Shown: positions 53,980 to 62,319 of the stretch, piece by piece
How positions within the stretch are numbered: position 1 is the first letter of the stretch
Layout of the letters: each line of letters opens with the position of its first letter
NCBI GenBank assembly: GCA_050485645.1
Contig: JBJHBT010000013.1
Coordinates: forward strand, 33,821-97,820
Length of the DNA: 64,000 nt
From: Gammaproteobacteria bacterium
GTDB taxonomy: Bacteria; Pseudomonadota; Gammaproteobacteria; Steroidobacterales; Rariloculaceae
Reading direction: 5' to 3'
Made by a program: the position numbers and the translations under genes
The notes under the pieces: model-generated
Databases searched by the model: none
Told to the model about the DNA's origin: nothing
The model's input: only the letters and a program-made list of their open reading frames with translations

Positions 53980-54975
53980 TCAGCCGGCCGGCGGATCGCT
54001 GTCCGTGCCGGCGTCCGGCTGCCAATTGCCAAGACGGCTGATCATGTCGGCCAGAAAGTGATTCGCCCGATGCAGCGACACGGCTGTCGTATCGAAGGTC
54101 AGCACCAGGCTGATCATCTGCCGGATGCGGGCCGACTCCTGGCCCTCGGTGCGCTGCACGACGACCCGCGACTGCGGCCGGGTCACGCCGAGACTGGCCG
54201 CGTGACTGTCTGTCACGGGCAGTGCGCTGGCCGTTGTGGCGCCACCGGCGCCCAGCCAGTGCACCGTGAAGGTCGTTGCCCCGTGGCCGCGTCGCGGCGG
54301 CGGGCCGCCCGCGGTGGATCCGCCCGACGCCAGCCAGGCCACCGTCAGTTCCTCGGACAGGCCCGACTGCGCGGTGTCCGCGACGCGGCGGATTTCATCG
54401 CCGTTTGCATCGGGCCACGTGATCTCTGCGATCAGCACCCGCGCGCCGGTGTTGATCTCCGGCACGGCCTGCGCGGCTGTCGCGCAGGCCGACAGTACGC
54501 AGCCCAGCACACCGGCCTGTGGCGCGGCGCTGTAGTGTGCATTGGCATAGGCCACCACTGCGCCGATTTCGCATTCGGCGTTCAGCGTGCAGAACGGCCG
54601 CGTCCCGGTGGCGCCTGGTGGGCGCACGGCCGCGGTGGCGGCCACTCCACCCTGGCGCGGTGACAGCCCGGCGGTGTCTTCCGCATCGCCGTCGCCGTTG
54701 TTCACGAGGGCGCCGGTGCGGCTGCCCAGTGTCGCCATGACGTCGGACACACGGATCCGTCCATCCGGCCCACTGCCGCGAATGGCCGTCACGTCCAGCT
54801 CGTACTGCTTGACCAGTCTGCGTACTGCCGGGCTGAGATCGGTGTCGTTCGTATCGGGCGTTGTGGTGTCGGGCGTGGCCGGCGTTATGCCGGTTGCCGC
54901 GTCTGTTGTCCGGTTCGCGTCGCCCGCGGTGTCGGCGTGGTCGGTATCGTCGGGCTGGTTCGTTTCAGCGCTCAT
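53980..54975 (-). CDS. E2-like protein: peripheral-subunit-binding domain plus degenerate acyltransferase domain, no lipoyl domain
   Basis: PSBD SPAVRRLVKQYELDVTAIRGSGPDGRIRVSDV. The C-terminus aligns to the E2 core (TTFTVHWLGAGG...ISLVLTFDTTAVSLHRANHFL), but DHRxxDG is replaced by DTTAVSL. Confidence 0.7.
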   Translation of the reverse strand: MSAETNQPDDTDHADTAGDANRTTDAATGITPATPDTTTPDTNDTDLSPAVRRLVKQYELDVTAIRGSGPDGRIRVSDVMATLGSRTGALVNNGDGDAEDTAGLSPRQGGVAATAAVRPPGATGTRPFCTLNAECEIGAVVAYANAHYSAAPQAGVLGCVLSACATAAQAVPEINTGARVLIAEITWPDANGDEIRRVADTAQSGLSEELTVAWLASGGSTAGGPPPRRGHGATTFTVHWLGAGGATTASALPVTDSHAASLGVTRPQSRVVVQRTEGQESARIRQMISLVLTFDTTAVSLHRANHFLADMISRLGNWQPDAGTDSDPPAG

Positions 54976-55267
54976 CGGGTGGGATCCGCCTGGCTGGAGA
55001 CTCGCGTCATGGGCGAGTGTGGATTGCCTGCAAGCATGTCACAGACCGCCACGAATTCAACCGCGGATTTCGCGGCAGGCCGGCATAACCCATCGCCATG
55101 CACGTATGCCTTTGCGTGACGTCTCTTTGTTACGAACGTGGGGCGACGCCCGATTCGATCCGCCGCGAACCAAACGTTCGTCCCTGCCCTGCGAGCGCGT
55201 GCAGTTTGTTCTCGTACGCTTCCCGTTCTCCGATCCCGGCGACTTGAATCCGGGTATTCGCCGTTCG

Positions 55268-55309
55268 ATCGTTGAAGCCATCGAACGGATCGTCGAAGCC
55301 ATCGAACGG
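55268..55309. repeat. 21-bp tandem duplication (ATCGT[T/C]GAAGCCATCGAACGG x2) with an inverted CCGTTCGAT at 55261-55269
   Basis: Read directly, inside the 647-nt non-coding gap upstream of ligM. Confidence 0.9.
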
Positions 55310-55622
55310 CGGCCGCAGGAAACGGCAGCTGCAGGAGAAACTCCGCCGCCTCCGCCAGGCAGTCAGGCCTCCGCCGGGCCGGCAGGCGGTAAGGTTGGGC
55401 CGGTGCGTATAAGCGCTGATTATGTGGCATACGGTCCCGGACAGCCTGCGTCGCGCGCGTCCCGCGCGGGCGGAAAAAGCCCGGTTTTCCGGGGCTTGCG
55501 TGCCATCGGCGGCCCCCCGGAGGCACCCTCCGACCTACAAAGCCGATTGCGGCGTGTAATAGGCGGAGTGACGTGGCATCATAGCGGCCTTTTTTGTACG
55601 GGCTCGTGGTTAGGAGCACTAG

Positions 55623-57023
55623 ATGAGCAAGAATAATCTCACCTCACTGTTGGAGGCGCATGGTGGCGCCGTGAATCTGTTAAGGAATTCCAAGTCCGGC
55701 ATTTACGTGTATCCCGTCGTGGCTCCGGAGTTTTCGAACTGGCGCGATGAGCAGCGCGCATGGCGCGAATCCGCGGTTGTCTTCGACCAGACCCATCACA
55801 TGGACGAGCTGATCGTCGAAGGCCCGGACTCCGCGGCGTTCCTCGAGTACGTTGGCATCAACAGCTTCGCGAATTTCGATCTGAATCGCGCCAAGCATTT
55901 CGTTCCGGTGACGCCTGCCGGACATGTCATCGGAGACATGATCATCTTCCGCGAGCGCGACGACAAATTCGTGCTGGTGGGACGCGCACCGACCGCCAAC
56001 TGGGTGAAGTTCCAGGCGGCCGTGGGCAAGTTCAAGGTGCGTCTGACGCACGATCCGCGTTCGGACAGCCGTCCGGACGGCAAAGCCATCTACCGCACGC
56101 ACTACCGGTTCCAGATTCAGGGTCCGGAAGCGAACAAGATCCTCGACAGGATCAACGGCGCCAAGGTGCCCGAGATCAAGTTCTTCCACGTCGACTGGAT
56201 CAATGTTGGTTCGCGCAAGGTTCAGGCACTGCGCCACGGCATGGCCGGTGCGCCGGGTCTTGAGATCTGGGGTCCGTATGCCGACAAGCACTACATCCAG
56301 TCCACCATCCTGCAGGCGGCACAGGACGTCGGCGTCGACCTGCGTCTGGTCGGCAGCCGTGCGTATTCCACCAACACGCTGGAATCAGGCTGGATTCCGT
56401 CTCCTCTGCCAGGCATCTACACCGGCGACGGCATGATGAAGGACTACCGCGACTGGCTGGGCGCCGACAGCTACGAGGCGCTCGGTTCGCTGGGCGGCAG
56501 CCTGGTCAGCGATAACATCGAAGACTACTACGTCAATCCGTTCGAGCTGGGCTACGGTTTCTACATCGGCTGGAAGACCGACTTCATCGGCAAGGAAGCC
56601 CTTCAGAAGCTGAAGGAGCAGGACAACCGCAAGAAGGTGACCCTGGAGTGGAATCGTGAGGACGTGCTGAAGGTCGTGGCCTCGGCGTTCGAGGAAGGCA
56701 CCGCCTACAAGTGGATCGACTTCCCGCAGCCGAACTATGCATCCAGCAGTGCCGACCGACTCCTGCACAACGGCAAGCTCGTGGGTATGTCGATGTTCAA
56801 CGGCTATTCGTTCAACGAACGGCGTCTGCTGTCGCTGGGCGTGGTCGATTCCAGCCTGAACATCGGTGACGTGGTCACGCTGGTCTGGGGCGAGCCGGAA
56901 CGCACCGGCAAAACCTCCGCCGAAGCGCACAAGCAGGCCGAGATTCGCGTACGCATCTCGCCGACGCCGTATGCGCGTGATGCGCGTGAGAACTACGCCG
57001 ACAGCTGGCGCACCAAGGGCTGA
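55623..57023 (+). CDS. ligM: Tetrahydrofolate-dependent aryl O-demethylase (vanillate/3-O-methylgallate O-demethylase, GcvT-fold)
   Basis: AGGAG before ATG. LRNSKSGIYVYPVVAPEFSNWRDEQRAWRESAVVFDQTHHM..., RFQIQGP, LRHGMAGAPGLEIWGPY, NTLESGWIPSPLPGIYTG and NIEDYYVNP closely track my recollection of Sphingobium LigM. Confidence 0.88.
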   Translation: MSKNNLTSLLEAHGGAVNLLRNSKSGIYVYPVVAPEFSNWRDEQRAWRESAVVFDQTHHMDELIVEGPDSAAFLEYVGINSFANFDLNRAKHFVPVTPAGHVIGDMIIFRERDDKFVLVGRAPTANWVKFQAAVGKFKVRLTHDPRSDSRPDGKAIYRTHYRFQIQGPEANKILDRINGAKVPEIKFFHVDWINVGSRKVQALRHGMAGAPGLEIWGPYADKHYIQSTILQAAQDVGVDLRLVGSRAYSTNTLESGWIPSPLPGIYTGDGMMKDYRDWLGADSYEALGSLGGSLVSDNIEDYYVNPFELGYGFYIGWKTDFIGKEALQKLKEQDNRKKVTLEWNREDVLKVVASAFEEGTAYKWIDFPQPNYASSSADRLLHNGKLVGMSMFNGYSFNERRLLSLGVVDSSLNIGDVVTLVWGEPERTGKTSAEAHKQAEIRVRISPTPYARDARENYADSWRTKG

Positions 57024-57093
57024 GGCTGACGGCAGGCAAAGACCAACCCCCGGAGCTGCGGATTCAGGCAGCTTCCGGCGGTCACTGAAGCGC

Positions 57094-57127
57094 ACGGCGC
57101 GGGACTTCGGTTCCGCGCCGTTTTTTC
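57094..57127 (+). terminator. Rho-independent terminator of ligM
   Basis: ACGGCGCGGGA-cttcgg-TTCCGCGCCGT followed by TTTTTT. Confidence 0.85.
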
Positions 57128-57129
57128 GT

Positions 57130-57164
57130 GCGCTGTTCATGGCGCGCGGCGCCATGAACAGCGC
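57130..57164. repeat. Perfect 16-bp inverted repeat with a 3-nt spacer (GCGCTGTTCATGGCGC gcg GCGCCATGAACAGCGC)
   Basis: Read directly. It starts 3 nt after the terminator U-tract and lies about 180 nt upstream of gpx. Confidence 0.9.
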
Positions 57165-57341
57165 TGGACAACCGGCAAGCGAAAGCGAGCCGGGAAGTGA
57201 CTCTGCTGTCCTGCCCCGGGCTACCGATGTCGAGAGGCGTCACGGGTGCACGCAGCCATGCTGGCGGGCACTTCCCTATGTCCGTGCGGGTTGCGTATCC
57301 TGACAGGTCTCGCCTGGCGGCCGCGGAATCAGGGTTCCACC

Positions 57342-57833
57342 ATGACCACCATCTACGACTTCAGCGCCGTGGATCTCGACGGCAACCAACGTTCACTGGC
57401 CGAGTTTTCCGGCCGTCTGCTGCTCGTGGTGAACGTGGCATCACGCTGCGGATTCACACCCCAGTACGCCGGACTCGAGAAGCTGTGGCGCGACTTAGGC
57501 GAACGCGGTGTCACGGTGCTGGGATTTCCCTGCGATCAGTTCGGGCATCAGGAGCCGGGTGATGAAGCGGAAATCCGTGAGTTCTGCAGCGTGAACTACG
57601 ATGTGACTTTCCCGATGTTTGCGAAGATCGACGTGAATGGCGGCAACGCGCATCCGTTGTACCGCTGGCTCAGGAAGCAGCGGCCGGGATTGTTCGGTAC
57701 CGATGCCATCAAGTGGAATTTCACCAAGTTTCTGGTCGATTCCGACGGTACGGCGCTGAAGCGCTATGCCCCCAAGGATCCACCCGCGCGCATTCAGGAA
57801 GACGTGGAGGCTCTACTGAAGGCGTCCGCGTGA
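57342..57833 (+). CDS. Glutathione peroxidase (Cys type)
   Basis: LLVVNVASRCGFTPQY, LGFPCDQFGHQEPG, WNFTKFLV. Confidence 0.93.
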   Translation: MTTIYDFSAVDLDGNQRSLAEFSGRLLLVVNVASRCGFTPQYAGLEKLWRDLGERGVTVLGFPCDQFGHQEPGDEAEIREFCSVNYDVTFPMFAKIDVNGGNAHPLYRWLRKQRPGLFGTDAIKWNFTKFLVDSDGTALKRYAPKDPPARIQEDVEALLKASA

Positions 57834-58912
57834 CCGAAGAAATACGGCAGACACCGGCGCGGGCACAGACGGCACATGCGCTGACCACGGATCATGCCCA
57901 GGCGCTGGTGCGCATCGGTCTGGCGGGAATCGGTCGCGAGTATCCGAACCACATCGTGCATCTGCTCAACAGCGACGACGATGTGGCGCCACCGCGGAAG
58001 CTGCATCCCGCCTTCCATGGCTGCTTCGACTGGCACTCGTCGGTGCACACTCACTGGATGCTGTTGCGCATGCACCGGCAATTGCATTCGTCGGCGCTGC
58101 GTGCGGACGTCGAAGCGGCGCTGGCAGCCAGTTTCGCGCCCGCCAGGCTGAATGTGGAAGCCGCGTATCTCGCCGCGCCGGGCCGGCAGGGATTCGAGCG
58201 CCCCTACGGGCTTGCCTGGCTGCTGCGGCTCGATGCGGAACTCACCCGCTGCGACCTCGTCCAGGCCGGGTTGTGGCGTGGGGCTTTGCGGCCACTCGCG
58301 GAACTCGCCCGCGACCATCTGATCGGCTGGATTCCCCGACTGAGTCATCCGGTTCGCACCGGCACGCACAACCAGAGTGCGTTCGCGTTCATACTGCTGC
58401 TGCAATGCGCGGCACTCACCGACGACGATGAACTGGCCGCCGTGGTGCGCGCTGCGTCAACGCGGTTCTATATGAATGACCGGAACTGTCCGATCAGCTA
58501 CGAGCCGTCCGGTGAAGACTTTCTGTCGCCCTGCCTTGTACAGGCGCATCTTTTGTCATGCCTGCTCGACACGCATGCCTTCGGTGCCTGGCTGAACGGT
58601 TTTCTGCCAGATATTCCACGGGAGCCGGACAAGGAGCGGGACTGGCTGCCCTGTGCGCAGGTCAGCGATGAATCCGATGGCCGACTGGTTCACCTGCACG
58701 GCCTGAACTTGTCACGCGCATGGAATCTCGGCGGCATGATTGCCGGCCTTCCGTACGACGATGCGCGCCGTGAAGTGCTGGAACGGGCCCGACGCCGGCA
58801 TCTGGCGGCGGGCCTGAACGCGGCGCTGGCCGCATCACATTACGCGAGCAGTCACTGGTTGCCGACGTTCGCCGTGCTCGCCGGCGACGGCGTCATACAT
58901 CCAGACCGATAG
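57830..58912 (+). CDS. DUF2891-family protein
   Basis: The GTG overlaps the gpx stop (GTGA). REYPNHIVHLL...HPAFHGCFDWHSSVHTHW is the DUF2891 signature as I recall it. Confidence 0.75.
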   Translation: MTEEIRQTPARAQTAHALTTDHAQALVRIGLAGIGREYPNHIVHLLNSDDDVAPPRKLHPAFHGCFDWHSSVHTHWMLLRMHRQLHSSALRADVEAALAASFAPARLNVEAAYLAAPGRQGFERPYGLAWLLRLDAELTRCDLVQAGLWRGALRPLAELARDHLIGWIPRLSHPVRTGTHNQSAFAFILLLQCAALTDDDELAAVVRAASTRFYMNDRNCPISYEPSGEDFLSPCLVQAHLLSCLLDTHAFGAWLNGFLPDIPREPDKERDWLPCAQVSDESDGRLVHLHGLNLSRAWNLGGMIAGLPYDDARREVLERARRRHLAAGLNAALAASHYASSHWLPTFAVLAGDGVIHPDR

Positions 58913-60668
58913 AGCGCATCAGCGCCACGCCGTTACTCTTCGTGACCACGCCTTCGCGCAGGCGATAATCGAAGCGCATCGTGCCGTTGTCCAGGTCATC
59001 CTCGAAGTGCAGGTTCCTGACGCGGCCATGACCATCCCGGTCGATCTCGGTGAGCGCCAGATCGTGCGTGGACACGATGCCGATTGCGCCGCGGTTCAGG
59101 AACGCGCGTACCACCGCTTCGGCGCCGACAAGACGGTCGCGCGAGTTCGTGCCCTGGAGGATCTCGTCGAGCAGGAACAACAGCGGCGGTGAGCCGCCGC
59201 ACAGTGTCTGGATGCTGCGCAGTCGGGTGATCTCGGCAAAGAATCGCGAACTGCCTTCGTGCAGCGAGTCGTTCACGCGAATGCTCGCACCCACCTGCAG
59301 TGGCGTGAGCTTCATGGATTTCGCACGCACCGGGGCGCCGGCCATGGCGAGCACGGTGTTGAGGCCCACGGCACGCATCAGCGTGCTCTTGCCGGACATG
59401 TTGGAGCCGCTGATCAGCAGCAGTCGCACGCCATCCGTGATGCTCACGTCGTTCTTCACGCAGCGCTGGTCCGACAGCAGTGGATGACCGAGCCCTTCGG
59501 CGTGCAAAGCCGCTTCCCCTGACAGCAATTCCGGGAACGCATCCTCAGGATGTTCGAAATGCCAGGTGGCAATCGACAGCAGCGCCTCGAACTCGCCGAC
59601 CGCATCGAGCCAGTCCGGCAGAGCCTGTCCGTGACGGCTTCTCCAGGCTTCGGCCAGGCGTGCGGCGTGTACGGAATACATCAGCGGAATGTCGAGCACG
59701 CGCAGTATCGGATTGCGGCGCGATTCGATGAGCTGGCCGGCGGTGAGCAGGCCGGTGAGCGACCGTGAAGCGTTCGGCTGCCGCAGCCGCGCCGTCAGCG
59801 TCCGCAGCGCCGGCGCCTGGAACGCCTGCTGTTCCATGCGCCGCAGCAGAGCCTGAAGCAGTTCCAGATCACTGAGTGCGCCCTCGGTGGCTGACAGCGT
59901 GGATTGCAGCCGACTGCGCAATGCCGCCATCACCGCCAGCTGTATCAGCAGCACGGTCAGCAACGGGGCCAGCAGGCCACTCAGCGTCCATGCGACGATG
60001 GCGGCAATCAGCAGTGCCGGCAGCGCCCACGCCACCGGCGCGATCCAGCGCTGTGTGAGCTGGTTCGGTTGCTGCGCCCAGTGCCTGAGAGCATCGCTGT
60101 CCAGCGTCATGACGTCGCTGTCGCCGGGCGTCGCCCAGCGCTCGCGAAAATCCACGGCGGGCGCCAGCTCCGCCGCCGCCTGCTGTCGGTGCATGATCGT
60201 GTCGGTGTCGGCCGGGGCCAGCAGCCAACCGGCCAGGGTCCGTTCGCCGATCGGGGTGCGTGCAACGGACAGCAGTTCGAACAGCCCACCCGCACCGAAT
60301 AGATCCAGGTCCGCCGCATAGACATGATGCGCATCGTTGAACTGCTCGCCCTGCCGACCGTGGCCGGCCCATTCGTAGTCGATGCGCTTCAGTCCGTTGC
60401 GATGGAACGCCGCCGCGCGTCGCGCGCGGGCGCGTGCACGGCGTACGCGGCCGTGGTGGACGACCGTCGCCACGAAGGCGGTGGCCGGTAGCAGCAGCCA
60501 CCAGGGTGAGAACGCCGACAGCTGTATGGACCACCATGCACCGATCGCGAGCAGCGCGAACAGAGCCAGGCGCACCGCGCCCAGTCGCGCGAAGCGCTTC
60601 TCCAGCAGGGTCAGCTGCTGCTCGCGGGCGCCGAGGCGCGTGCGATATTCCTCGGCGGGGTTGTTCAC
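58893..60668 (-). CDS. Membrane-anchored MutS-related ATPase (MutS domain V only)
   Basis: Walker A GSNMSGKSTLMRAVG, DEILQGTNSRDR, STHDLAL. There is no mismatch-binding domain. Two pairs of hydrophobic helices lie in the N-terminal 250 aa. Confidence 0.85.
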   Translation of the reverse strand: MNNPAEEYRTRLGAREQQLTLLEKRFARLGAVRLALFALLAIGAWWSIQLSAFSPWWLLLPATAFVATVVHHGRVRRARARARRAAAFHRNGLKRIDYEWAGHGRQGEQFNDAHHVYAADLDLFGAGGLFELLSVARTPIGERTLAGWLLAPADTDTIMHRQQAAAELAPAVDFRERWATPGDSDVMTLDSDALRHWAQQPNQLTQRWIAPVAWALPALLIAAIVAWTLSGLLAPLLTVLLIQLAVMAALRSRLQSTLSATEGALSDLELLQALLRRMEQQAFQAPALRTLTARLRQPNASRSLTGLLTAGQLIESRRNPILRVLDIPLMYSVHAARLAEAWRSRHGQALPDWLDAVGEFEALLSIATWHFEHPEDAFPELLSGEAALHAEGLGHPLLSDQRCVKNDVSITDGVRLLLISGSNMSGKSTLMRAVGLNTVLAMAGAPVRAKSMKLTPLQVGASIRVNDSLHEGSSRFFAEITRLRSIQTLCGGSPPLLFLLDEILQGTNSRDRLVGAEAVVRAFLNRGAIGIVSTHDLALTEIDRDGHGRVRNLHFEDDLDNGTMRFDYRLREGVVTKSNGVALMRSIGLDV

Positions 60669-60696
60669 GAATGGCGGTCTGTGCGGGGAGCCCGTG

Positions 60697-62166
60697 TCAG
60701 GATTTCGCGATGCTGACGACCTGCGGCTCCATGTAGCTCTTCAGTCCGACGATGGAGTAGGTGCGTCCGAGGCCCGATTCCTTGGCGCCGCCGAAGGGCA
60801 CGAATGCCGACGTGGCTCGATGCTGGTTCACCCATGCGGTGCCCACTTCCAGCCGCATCGCGATGTCGCGACCGCGTTCGGGATTGCTGGTCCACACCGA
60901 ACCGCTGAGCCCGAAGCGCGTGTCGTTCGCGCGCCGGATCGCATCTTCAAGGTCCGTGTAACGCAGAATCGGCACCACCGGTCCGAACTGCTCTTCGCGC
61001 ACCAGGCGGCTGTCTTCGGCAATGTCGGCCACCAGTGTTGGCGGAACGAAGTAGCCCGGACCCTCTGGCACGTCGCCGCCGGTGAGCAGGCGCGCGCCGC
61101 TGAGCTTCGTGTCTTCCAGAATCGACAGCACCTTCTCATATTGCATGCGGTTCTGTAGCGGACCCAGCTGTGTTTGCGCATCCAGGCCGTTGCCCAGGCG
61201 CGTCTGCCGCGCTTCCTCGACGAGCGCATCGCACAGGGCGTCGTAGATGCTGTCGTGCGCGTAGATGCGCTTGATCGCCATGCACACCTGCCCGCTGTTG
61301 ACGAAGGCGGCAAAGAACAGTTTCTTCGCGATCCCTTTCGGGTCGACATCGTCGAGGACGATGGCGGGATCGTTGCCGCCCAGTTCCAGCGTGACGCGTT
61401 TCAGCGTGCCGGCGGCGCTGGCGAGTACCTTCTTGCCGGTGGCCACCGAGCCGGTGAATGAGATCTTGTCGATGAGCGCGTGCTCGGTCATCAGCTGTCC
61501 GAGATCGTCGCCGCCGGCCAGCACGTTCACCACGCCCGGCGGAAAGAATCGCGCCGCGACTTCACCCAGCTTGAGCGTGGACAGCGGCGTATACGGCGAT
61601 GGTTTGAGGATGGCCGTATTGCCGGTGTACAGGGCCGAGGCCAGCGGACCCAGTGCCAGGGTCACCGGTGCGTTCCACGGCGTGATGATGCCGGCCACGC
61701 CCAGCGGACGATAGTGCAGTTCGATGCGGCTGCTGTCGTTGTCGATCAGCACTTCCACCGGGATCGGGATGTCGGTCATCTCATCGGACTGCACCGTGCC
61801 GCGATCGATCTCGGCAATCGCCTGCACCAGCGGTTTGCCCTGCTCGCTGGTGAGCAGGGTGGCGAGGGCGTCCTGGTCGTCACGCAGCGCCGCCGTGAAC
61901 GCCTTGATGCGTTCGCGCCGGTCCGCGTAGCCCAGCGCCTGCCAGGCCGGCAACGCGGCGCGGGCCGCGGTCACGGCTTCCTCCAGCTCCGCGCGCCCGG
62001 CGCTCGGGCAGCGGGCGAATACGGCGCCGGTGGCGGGGTTGATCACGTCCAGCTGCGCGGCGGTGGTGCGCGCATGACCGGCGATCAACAGCGAGAAATC
62101 GGTTCTGAGCGCGGCTTGCTGCTGCAGCGCTTCGGCGCGTCTTGCCATCGCGATTCGGGCCTCCAT
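60697..62166 (-). CDS. NAD(P)+-dependent aldehyde dehydrogenase (possibly aromatic/vanillin type)
   Basis: ITPWNAP, TLELGGNDP, FVNSGQVCMAIKRIY (catalytic Cys), EEQFGPV. Start is ATG 62166 or 62148. Confidence 0.88.
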   Translation of the reverse strand: MEARIAMARRAEALQQQAALRTDFSLLIAGHARTTAAQLDVINPATGAVFARCPSAGRAELEEAVTAARAALPAWQALGYADRRERIKAFTAALRDDQDALATLLTSEQGKPLVQAIAEIDRGTVQSDEMTDIPIPVEVLIDNDSSRIELHYRPLGVAGIITPWNAPVTLALGPLASALYTGNTAILKPSPYTPLSTLKLGEVAARFFPPGVVNVLAGGDDLGQLMTEHALIDKISFTGSVATGKKVLASAAGTLKRVTLELGGNDPAIVLDDVDPKGIAKKLFFAAFVNSGQVCMAIKRIYAHDSIYDALCDALVEEARQTRLGNGLDAQTQLGPLQNRMQYEKVLSILEDTKLSGARLLTGGDVPEGPGYFVPPTLVADIAEDSRLVREEQFGPVVPILRYTDLEDAIRRANDTRFGLSGSVWTSNPERGRDIAMRLEVGTAWVNQHRATSAFVPFGGAKESGLGRTYSIVGLKSYMEPQVVSIAKS

Positions 62167-62319
62167 GGTCGTTCTGGGTCCGCAGGGGCTGTGATAACCT
62201 ACAGCGCACAAATATACACCATCGTTCCGCCGCCTCTTCGTCCGACATCATCATCGCCCGACGGCCGATGTCGGCGATGGGCCGCTGGACGGGTTTGCGC
62301 AGGTATTTCGGAGGATCAG

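Noticed and set aside
55300-55622. A folate-related riboswitch (ZTP/pfl or THF type) in the ligM leader.
   Set aside because: By eye I could not find the conserved ZTP pseudoknot core (..GGGUCGUGAC..CCGGGCGGA..CCGCCUGGGC) or a THF-like fold. This needs an Infernal scan to settle, so I make no claim.
54587-55636. The 349-aa (+) ORF and the 215-aa (-) ORF (54972-55619) covering the long gap upstream of ligM.
   Set aside because: The (+) ORF is largely antisense to the E2-like gene. It continues through the gap as a Pro/Gly/Ala/Arg-rich string that includes the translated tandem repeat. Neither ORF has an SD or any recognisable motif.
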